Source: Candidatus Heimdallarchaeota archaeon | GTDB taxonomy: Archaea; Asgardarchaeota; Heimdallarchaeia; JABLTI01 | Assembly (NCBI GenBank): GCA_018238155.1 | Contig: JABCTZ010000045.1 | Span: forward strand, 1 to 64,000 | DNA: 64,000 nt | Direction of reading: 5' to 3' | Shown: positions 1-7,721 of the stretch, one piece after another | Numbering within the stretch: position 1 is the stretch's first letter | Layout of the letters: every line of letters starts with the position of its first letter | Notes under the pieces: model-generated | What the model saw: the letters and a program-made list of their open reading frames with translations, nothing else | What the model was told of the DNA's origin: nothing | Database searches by the model: none | Translations under genes and position numbers: made by a program

Positions 1-263
1 CTGTAGGAATTATCACCAATAGAATAATTTGCATTCATGCCTGTATGTAAATTTCCAACAAAAACATCTACTGAAGTTCTTGGTTTGTAAAATAAACCAT
101 GAAACTTGAATCCTCTAATAGAAACTGAATTTTCGTCTATTTGGGCTGAAAAGTTTGACTTGATAACCCTATACTGTAAGGTATCTCCCTGTTCAAACAT
201 TGGGGCCAAAAATGTTGAAGAGGATAAAATCAACACTATTAATGGTACTAACATTTTATTCAT
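1..263 (-). CDS. Secreted/surface protein, 5' part (runs off window start)
   Basis: Own translation from ATG at 263: MNKMLVPLIVLILSSSTFLAPMFEQGDTLQYRVIKS..., open to position 1; signal-peptide-like N-terminus. Confidence 0.6.
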   Translation of the reverse strand, partial: MNKMLVPLIVLILSSSTFLAPMFEQGDTLQYRVIKSNFSAQIDENSVSIRGFKFHGLFYKPRTSVDVFVGNLHTGMNANYSIGDNSY

Positions 264-527
264 CAAAATCTCTACATCCATCTTCAATAGAAAATACAGC
301 AAAAAGTTCAATTTAAAGGTTTGTATTTTTTATGGCAAACTTTTTTGTATTATATAGGAAATAATTTCGAAGGTTTTAAATTTTATTCTGAGAAAAAACT
401 AATAGTAGAACTCTGAATTATCTTTTTTGTAAAAAACTCTTTTCTCTTTAAAGTAGTTCTTCGCGAAATAAGCTCTATTCAAGAATCTCGTCCACTAAAC
501 AAAGAATTAAAATAATTAAAAGAAAAG

Positions 528-610
528 TAGTTACTGGGGATGTATCCGAATAGAATCATTGTTAATCCCAATTACAATAGTTTTATTTTAGGATACTTCC
601 CCGCTAACTA
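528..610 (+). ncRNA. Putative 83-nt long-hairpin small RNA
   Basis: 528-566 pairs with 571-610 around a CCCA loop; four G-U pairs favour the + strand; contains a 19-nt exact copy of 2600-2618. Confidence 0.45.
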
Positions 611-622
611 AAACAGACACAA

Positions 623-913
623 TTATTGTTCTTGCTCTTCAAGCCAGGCTTCTTTATACACTCGACCGCCAATTGTCTTTTCTTTGTAAAATAAATGCTT
701 GTCCCAGAGAAGTTCTTGGATCTGGAGAAGCAATTTTAAATGGCGTTCAATTGTCTCACTACTAAGATAATCATCAAGCTCTTTAGAACCACTTGATAAC
801 CGACTAACAGACTGGGGTTGGTCAGTTAGAATCTTTAGCAAGATTGGAATTATTTCTTCAGAACTTCGTCGTGTGTCCTTAACCATTGCTTGTTGCTCCT
901 CTGGTGTTATCAT
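623..913 (-). CDS. Small winged-HTH-like protein
   Basis: 96 aa, helix-turn-helix-like core then KTIGGRVYK wing; GAGGTGA RBS upstream. Confidence 0.55.
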   Translation of the reverse strand: MITPEEQQAMVKDTRRSSEEIIPILLKILTDQPQSVSRLSSGSKELDDYLSSETIERHLKLLLQIQELLWDKHLFYKEKTIGGRVYKEAWLEEQEQ

Positions 914-1004
914 TTACTCATCACCTCTTAATAGTTTTGTTTTTCCTCAGAAAACCTCAGCTCGCCGAGTTTGAAATAAAAGGAAAAAAGGGCTCATTGG
1001 AGAG

Positions 1005-1586
1005 CTATTCTCTCTCCAAGATATGCAAGATTGTCGAGAACATTCGATGATAACTCAAGGAAACTTTGGTGCTGTGGTGATGGAATTCTCGCTCTGGAAT
1101 AGCCAATACTTCACCCGCACGCACTATTTTCTTTAGTTCACCAAGTGCTTCTTCTGCTTACTCTATACCTGTTGTCAGCGTTTCAAAGAGTCTGTCATCA
1201 GTTGCAACGAAGGTTTTAGCAGGTTGTTGTGTTTCTGGTTTCGTTTCTGTTGCAGGTTCAGGTTTCTCTTTTGCTGCTGTCTTTAGTAGTGGATTTCTGT
1301 ATTCCTTTGCTCTGAATTTCCCGGAAGTTTTCCTCTCACCAGAGACTACTTTTACAAAACCACTTCGGCATATGCTTGTATAGAGTAACCCTTTCCAATC
1401 GACTATTTTTCCCTTATAGTCAGTTATATATGCAGAACCGAAAGTAAGCATATCTCCTTTTTGGAAAGCTTCTTCTCCTTCCCAGTTTGAGAGTTTTTCA
1501 TTTACGATTTTGTAAATGACTCGGTCAGTATCAAGTGTAAATCCTAACTCTTTGATTGCTTCGACACTCTCAGGTGTAAGGCTCAT
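1005..1586 (-). pseudogene. Hypothetical protein interrupted by in-frame TAA at 1158-1160
   Basis: Frame continues past the stop as AEEALGELKKIVRAGEVLAIPERE...ILERE to TAG at 1005-1007. Confidence 0.5.
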
Positions 1587-1607
1587 CTGTCCTCTTGCAC
1601 TGGTAAC

Positions 1608-1718
1608 TTATTCGTTTTCATCTTTGAACAGATTAACCGTTTGAATGACTCCAACGATTTCATTTAAGAAGGGTTTAGAAATAGTGTTTCCTTTACCCTT
1701 GCTCTCTGCACCGCTCAT
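1608..1718 (-). CDS. 36-aa hypothetical peptide
   Basis: ATG overlaps the TGA of the upstream gene (ATGA); GGAGG RBS. Confidence 0.35.
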   Translation of the reverse strand: MSGAESKGKGNTISKPFLNEIVGVIQTVNLFKDENE

Positions 1719-2179
1719 TGAGCAATCCCTCCAACTACTTCTAAGGCTTCAATGAATGGACTTGAACCCATTTGAGCAAGAGAACCCTTCTGCTGATTTA
1801 GTAGGTCAATCAAAAAGTCTCGAGCAGCAAAACCAAGAGCATAACGTGAGCGTTTTCGGAAAAAATCTATCCGGCTATTATCGTAATTTCTGATCAAGAC
1901 AAAGTAATCCGTAGCATAAGGCTCGTGATTCTCTGTAACTTTGATATTAACATAATTGTGGCTTGCCTTCATAACCTCACAAGTAAAGGCTTTACCCTCT
2001 CGAGAGATATCTCCAAAAGTTCCCACTTTGAACTTTTCCCAGCTTGGCTCTAAAAGAGAAGAATCCCTCAAGGACTCCTTCTCAGCACAGCCCGAGCACA
2101 AGGTTACAATGATGTTATCGGTTTTATTTGATAGATGCAACATTGGCCTGTTACACCTATCACAAATTATCTGAGTCAT
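1715..2179 (-). CDS. Hypothetical protein with N-terminal Zn ribbon
   Basis: CDRC...CSGC motif; GGAGG RBS. Confidence 0.65.
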   Translation of the reverse strand: MTQIICDRCNRPMLHLSNKTDNIIVTLCSGCAEKESLRDSSLLEPSWEKFKVGTFGDISREGKAFTCEVMKASHNYVNIKVTENHEPYATDYFVLIRNYDNSRIDFFRKRSRYALGFAARDFLIDLLNQQKGSLAQMGSSPFIEALEVVGGIAQ

Positions 2180-2185
2180 TCTATC

Positions 2186-2606
2186 TCAATCCTCCAAAAC
2201 GAAATCGTCATTATAGTTCGGAGGATAGTTTGACAATGGCATTAATGACATGGAAAGTAATTTCAAAATAAGTGCTACCTTATGATAGCAAAGTCCCTCT
2301 GTTCCTTGTTTGCCATGTGGGCAATTACACTCGAAAAGCTCAGGGCGTTCTTCTTCCTTTCTTTCTATCGAAGATGCTTGCCTTCACAACGTATCTATTT
2401 CCTTGAGAACCCTTGACATTCACCCGGATAATTTTCTTATGAACTGACAAATGCGTTATCTTACGATAAGCGTTTACAAGTTCCTCTGCTCTCTCAATGC
2501 TCTTTTGAGAAGCTTCCACTTCCAACCACTTGGGAAGTGTCACCAACTTACTATTTTGAACGGTAACCGCCGTTCTTGCGGATTTGGATTCTTCGCTTCG
2601 AATCAT
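2186..2606 (-). pseudogene. SWIM zinc-finger protein, frameshifted
   Basis: VKGSQGNRYVV in frame 0; +1 frame continues ELFECNCPHGKQGTEGLCYHKVAL (CxC...CxH SWIM motif) to TGA at 2186. Confidence 0.75.
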
Positions 2607-2648
2607 TGTTAATCCCAAGAATATTATAGGAAAGAAGACTAAGAAATG

Positions 2649-2693
2649 TTTCGCTTATTAGCGAAAGTGCAGTCTATTAGCGAAAGGTTTATA
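2649..2693. promoter_or_regulatory. Divergent promoter/operator
   Basis: Palindrome TTTCGCT-tatt-AGCGAAA (2649-2666), direct repeat TATTAGCGAAAG (2656-2667, 2675-2686), BRE/TATA-like CGAAAGGTTTATA. Confidence 0.55.
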
Positions 2694-2728
2694 TTCGAAG
2701 GGTTACATACTATTTACTGGGATTAACT

Positions 2729-2872
2729 ATGATTCAAATAACAAATCAACCACAAGCAAAAGACGGAAGAACATTTTTCCTTGTAGCAACTCCAGGGTTT
2801 CTTTCAGAAATCTCTCAATCATTACAACAGAAAATGATTGATGTAGCGTTAAGTGAACTCACAGAGAAGTAA
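2729..2872 (+). CDS. 47-aa hypothetical peptide
   Basis: MIQITNQPQAKDGRTFFLVATPG...; lies about 35 nt downstream of a TATA box; start region mirrors that of the SWIM gene. Confidence 0.45.
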   Translation: MIQITNQPQAKDGRTFFLVATPGFLSEISQSLQQKMIDVALSELTEK

Positions 2873-3093
2873 ACGTGGGTTGTTTTTTGTCCAAAAGCTT
2901 CTGAGAGAAGAACAGAAGATGAAGGGCGAACAGTTGTCTATCCTATTTCATTGTTGGATAGAGAGAGCAAGACAAAAGTTTATGCTATCCTCGACGATTT
3001 CGGAACAACCGAAAATGTCGGATTATCATACGTGAAAACTCAATTTGTTCTCACCTTCCTATTACCTGAGGAATATTAAGAGGTGTTAAAAAA

Positions 3094-3378
3094 ATGCCTC
3101 GATTCCTTTTTTACTCTCGAGAGGGTCTAACTTATACTCCTTGCGTTCTAAATGAATACGAGGAATATGAGGGCGGTAACGAAGTTGAGAATTTACAGGT
3201 GATAGGTTTCGCTGATGGGGATACTCCTCAAGAAGCGTTCGATCACCTTTTATTTACGCATTCCTATCTTGAAGAATCAACATTCGACCAAATATTAGCT
3301 ATTGAACTAAAAGGGAAAGAATTCAAAAACTATGAATTCTCCTTAAACACTATTCGAGAACAACAAGAAGCATTGTGA
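3094..3378 (+). CDS. Hypothetical acidic protein
   Basis: 94-aa ORF with GAGGTG RBS. Confidence 0.6.
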   Translation: MPRFLFYSREGLTYTPCVLNEYEEYEGGNEVENLQVIGFADGDTPQEAFDHLLFTHSYLEESTFDQILAIELKGKEFKNYEFSLNTIREQQEAL

Positions 3379-3814
3379 GTTTTTCTCACACTCCTTCATT
3401 TTTCCAACTTCGGCAAAAAATAAAACTAACAAGACTAATCCCAACTTCCTCAGGTGGGCGAATCGAACATTGCGAGGGGCTTCACTGTTTTGCCTCTGGC
3501 ATAGGACAGTGCCTCGCATTGTTTGTGAGAGCACACAACTCTTAGGATTTCACAACTTTCCTTTCTGTTTACTTAAGTGGCCCAGTTTCTCTCAGAAGCC
3601 CACTGTGGCGAGGTCTCGAGGAGGTGGGAGCATCGCAATGCTCCGCTACGAGAGGGCGAGTCAGAAGTAAATAAAAATAAATAAACAAAAAAAACTTATT
3701 TACTAATCTAAGACGAACTTTGCTATCCATACCAATGACCACCGTCGAAAAACAGAGAACGGAAAAAAAAGGAAAGGGAAAAAAGAGAAAGAAAGAAAGA
3801 AAATTAAAACAAAA

Positions 3815-4219
3815 TTAAATCCCTTTACCAATAATAGACCAATTATCCTTGAAAGGCTCATAATCTTTAGTATTTAACCAATGGGATTTTTTACCCGCTT
3901 TATCATGTGTCACAATCTTAGACCTTAGTTCACCATCAATGCGGGTAATGAACAACTCAGGAACATCATAGACATAACGACAAATGATCAAAAACTCAGA
4001 GAGAGTGGTATCAGGATTGATACCAATAGGATTTTTCTTACTAAGACTTTTAACCTCAATGACAATCATGCGTTTGCCATCAACGGAATAGGCAAGAATA
4101 TCAGTGCCACGAGCATTGCGACTGGTAGGCATAACATTCCAACCGCGTTTAGACAATTCATAACAAACATAGAAAAGACCAGTATTACCAGTAATCTGGT
4201 TAGGAAATTTAGTAGACAT
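3815..4219 (-). CDS. PD-(D/E)XK endonuclease (Hjc/Mrr-like small nuclease)
   Basis: G..G...V.YEL..RGW.V...DILA...IEVKS motif. Confidence 0.75.
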   Translation of the reverse strand: MSTKFPNQITGNTGLFYVCYELSKRGWNVMPTSRNARGTDILAYSVDGKRMIVIEVKSLSKKNPIGINPDTTLSEFLIICRYVYDVPELFITRIDGELRSKIVTHDKAGKKSHWLNTKDYEPFKDNWSIIGKGI

Positions 4220-4356
4220 AACAAGTCATCAGTCAAAGGAAAGGTATTTGGTAAATATAAAAGTAATGAAAAGGGACTCGGGGAAAAAAACAAAACAAAA
4301 AAACTCGGCGAGTGGGCTTTTTAATACAAGCAAACAACTAAACAATGTGATTGCCT

Positions 4357-4582
4357 ATGGCTAAACGGTCAAAATTTCCATACTACAACGGTTCAAAGGA
4401 TAATAAAAGAAATAACGGGGATGATGGTATCAAAAGAACTCGCAGAATATGAAGCAGAAGTGCTACTGAGAATACTGACAAAACGCTCCTTGAAATTAAA
4501 AGTATATGCAGAGCAACACAAGAAAAAAATAATCAAAAAAGAGATGGCGCAACTTTTCGACCAAATAGAACCACCATACTAA
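4357..4582 (+). pseudogene. Histone-fold protein with 1-nt insertion
   Basis: MAKRSKFP then +1 frame TTTVQRIIKEITGMMVSKELAEYEAEVLLRILTKRSLKLKVYAEQHKKKIIKKE; aligns by eye with the HMf-type fold; 226 nt = 75 codons + 1. Confidence 0.6.
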
Positions 4583-5487
4583 ACGAAATTAAACGAAAAA
4601 ACTATTTTTAGCAGCTCAAACAGTTCGGTGATGATAGAAACCCATCTGCTCACGAAGATTAGAAAGGGCGGTGAAATGAACGACTTGGCTAAGACGAAGA
4701 TCAAGCTTGGGAAGAGTGGGATCAACCGTCGCACGAAGATTATAACTGCATATGGCTTGAAGGGGACAAGGACAACATAACGACCACGATCCTTTAGCTC
4801 CTTCTCAGCGGTCAATAATCTTTTAAGAAAGTCGCGCTCATCATACGCTTTGCTACCGGTGTAAACCTCGAACCACCAATAACTCGTTTTATCAAGATGC
4901 TCGACGCGAAGGCAGTTATCAACGACAAAGTCGCCACTGCCGTCCCAATGGGGGAGACGCCAAAGAGAATCAGCAGCATGGAAAAGGCTACCCTCCAAAC
5001 CTTCTCGAAGGGTGCGAAAACAGAGCTCGGCAAAAGAGTCGTGAGGGGGAAAGCGAGCGCGGAAATTGTGGGAAACTAACGGATAATGTTCGCGGGGAAA
5101 GCCAAACCAATAAGCGAAACGAGCACCCTTACGAGGGATGGGATAGGCACGGACAAGACCTAAACGAAAGACACGAAGAGAGCCACCAGCACCGGAAAAA
5201 AAAACGCGATCGGTATAGCACTCGCCGGTAGTCAAATGAATGCGAAGACTATCATTGCAAAAACGATCAAGAAGAGAGCCGAAATGACTGCGAAGAAGGA
5301 AGAGAAAATCAGCAACGGAGAAAAGAGGTTGAGGAGAGCCAAAAGGATTGGGAGTAAGAGCAGCCAAGAAACGACGCTCAGACTTGGACAAAAGATGGAA
5401 AGGCAAATGGTCAAAATTTTGTGTAGAATGAGTAGACCAACCGGAAGGAGCAACAGGGGGCTCGGAAGAGGAAACACGCTTGACCAA
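4579..5487 (-). pseudogene. Replication-relaxation (Replic_Relax)-like PD-(D/E)XK protein, probable C-terminal frameshift
   Basis: H...VDNCL...WWFEVYTGS...FLKRL resembles the Replic_Relax E-x-D-x-G-T-E region; after about 4750 the pyrimidine-ending codon pattern continues in another frame to TGA at 4616. Confidence 0.4.
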
Positions 5488-5799
5488 AGGAAAAAAACAT
5501 CAACAACAAAATATACAAAAGAAACTACTTAAACACCGACAAGTGGCTAAGAAAAAAAGGGAATAAGAAAGAAGGAAGAAAGAAAGAATTAGGAACGTAG
5601 GAAGGGAAGGACTTAGGAAGAGGTTTTCTCCTTAATTGGCTTCGATTCTTACTGGTAACCTCTCTTTGACTAATTTCCTAAAGAATTGCTTTTCAATTAT
5701 TGGTTTTTTAATATTTCTTGTTATTTGTTGATTGATTATTATTTATCTGATACTTCTGAGAGCATATAATAATATCCAAAATTACCAAAAGATGAGTAA

Positions 5800-6648
5800 T
5801 TAATCTGTTATAATGGATTTCTTTAATTCATTCAATACAGCTAATGTCGAAGTGTATGAAGAAATTTTTTTCTTTAGTTCTTTTTCAACTAGATATTTCT
5901 TTTCTATTGGTGAAAAATTGATTTTTGAATACTCTACTTCATAAAGAACTAAACCATCTGGTGAAACTGGACTTATACCACCTTTTGGTGCCTTCAATGT
6001 AGGTTCCAATGCCTCTTGTAGTTCACTAATTGGTTGAATATCTCTACCAATTTCAATAATCATTGAAACCATTTTTCTAACTTGTTTCCATAAGAAACTC
6101 TCTGAAGTAAATTCAAACATTAACAAATTATTTTTTTCGAGAAACTGAACTGAAGCAACTTCCAATGTTAAGATTGTTGATTTCGGCTTTCCACTTGGCA
6201 AATCATTTGTTCTTTTACAAAATTTCTCAAAATTATGCGTCCCAAGCAGGTAAGATAATCCCTTCTCCATTGTTGGTAAATTTTCTCTGGTATATGGTAT
6301 AAAATATCTATATGTACGCTTTTTGGCATGTCTTCGTGCATTAAAATCTCCATCGACTTTTGCTAACCCCCAAGCAAAAATTTCTTCTGGAAGGTAATGA
6401 TTCAGTTCATCCAAATGGATTTTTTGTTTTAGCGAATCAAATGCAATAACTTGACCTAATGCATGTACACCTGCATCTGTTCTCCCAGCAGCTGTATATC
6501 TTGCTTTGGGCAATTTATCTATAATACCTAATTTAGTTAAAGTGTAAAATATCTCTCCCTCAATAGTTTTTACACCTGATTTTTGTCTTTGAAAACCATG
6601 ATAGTTAGTACCAAGATAGGCAATCTTCACTGCGAATCTGTTAACCAT
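5800..6648 (-). CDS. truA: tRNA pseudouridine(38-40) synthase
   Basis: Y.G..YHGFQRQ, AGRTDAGVHALGQV, FLWKQVRKMV motifs. Confidence 0.95.
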   Translation of the reverse strand: MVNRFAVKIAYLGTNYHGFQRQKSGVKTIEGEIFYTLTKLGIIDKLPKARYTAAGRTDAGVHALGQVIAFDSLKQKIHLDELNHYLPEEIFAWGLAKVDGDFNARRHAKKRTYRYFIPYTRENLPTMEKGLSYLLGTHNFEKFCKRTNDLPSGKPKSTILTLEVASVQFLEKNNLLMFEFTSESFLWKQVRKMVSMIIEIGRDIQPISELQEALEPTLKAPKGGISPVSPDGLVLYEVEYSKINFSPIEKKYLVEKELKKKISSYTSTLAVLNELKKSIITD

Positions 6649-6721
6649 GTCACAACAAAACTCCTAGGTGTATTTTTAACTAATAACAAAAAACTTTTTC
6701 AAGATGAGATTAGTTACTTTT

Positions 6722-7354
6722 CTAAATTAAGGCATTAGCAAATTCTTCTTGTAAATCAGCTTCTATTTTTGTAGCCAAATCACGTCTAAATGCAGGAGGT
6801 ACAATACGTAGTGTAGTTATTAACATATCCAATATTTGATCTACGATATTTTTAATATCAAAAGGTCTTATTTCAACCAAACCTTGAACTATTGCTTCTT
6901 CTACAAAAACTTTCACAACTGAAGATATAACTGCAAAAGTTATTCCTTCTTTTTCAATATAATAAGGGAAATTTTTTCTATCTCGTAAAGTGAAAAAACC
7001 TTCTTGCTCTATAATAGAATTAATGTACCAATCTAAACTTGACTCATTTAAATCAAGCCTTTCAGAAAATTCTTTCTTTGAGCTATGATTTGGGTACGAT
7101 GCAGGAAGCCGATTAACTATATAGAGTGCTGCAGCGTTCAGAGTTTTTTGATCTCTCGGAAAACCTGCATTTGTAATGTACTTTGCCACAACTTTTAAGG
7201 CGAAAATTTTGTACGATTCTTTTACTGAATAATCACCAAAGAATTTGTAGGCATTTTTTAAGAATTGAACTGTCTCTTCTGGACTTGCTTGATCCCAAAT
7301 AAGGTCTGTTTTCCCAAATGATTCTGCATTCAAATTACTTACCCTTATTTCCAA
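6722..7354 (-). CDS. Hypothetical protein, possible cyclin/TFB-repeat-like helical fold
   Basis: LNAAALYIVNR...SKKEFSERLDLNESSL resembles the TFIIB repeat; start uncertain. Confidence 0.55.
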   Translation of the reverse strand: MEIRVSNLNAESFGKTDLIWDQASPEETVQFLKNAYKFFGDYSVKESYKIFALKVVAKYITNAGFPRDQKTLNAAALYIVNRLPASYPNHSSKKEFSERLDLNESSLDWYINSIIEQEGFFTLRDRKNFPYYIEKEGITFAVISSVVKVFVEEAIVQGLVEIRPFDIKNIVDQILDMLITTLRIVPPAFRRDLATKIEADLQEEFANALI

Positions 7355-7721
7355 TAGAGCGTTCCTTTTTTATCTTTTGTGGAGCTTGGAAGCAGTGGTA
7401 TTTCTAGTAGAAAAAAAGAATTTACAATAATTATCTTCGTCATCTTTTTGTATTAAGTTTCTTAGCTAGCTTTAAAGACCCAAAATGTAGGAGTGTGTAA
7501 TTTCACATCTCCAGCTGTTATTCTTGTTACAACGCCTAACTCGAGAAAATCTTGATCATATTCATTAATAATTGAAGTATCAATTACTAGATTATTAATT
7601 ACATTGGCATTTTTCTCAATGAAAATGCGATGTGTTTCATTGAGCATTTTGTGTTTTTTTTGTGTGCAAAGTAACTATTCCGTTATTTAGAATTTCATTC
7701 AAAGAGTTTATTTACAGTTTA

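Larger units (their letters stand above)
500..5640. mobile_element. Degraded integrated plasmid/virus-like element (boundaries approximate)
   Basis: Cluster of small coupled ORFans, SWIM, PD-(D/E)XK, relaxase-like and histone-like genes; several frameshift/nonsense lesions; composition differs from flanks; no integrase or att sites seen. Confidence 0.6.

Noticed and set aside
961-4312. 12-bp inverted match CTCGCCGAGTTT (961-972) / AAACTCGGCGAG (4301-4312) as element ends
   Set aside because: Short, internal to the apparent element, and no target duplication
5236-5532. Lys/Arg-rich 98-aa plus-strand ORF
   Set aside because: Shadow ORF caused by the T-poor strand lacking stop codons; antisense to 4579-5487
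7355-7647. 61-aa ORF as the frameshifted 5' part of 6722-7354
   Set aside because: Needs several corrections and no motif supports the join
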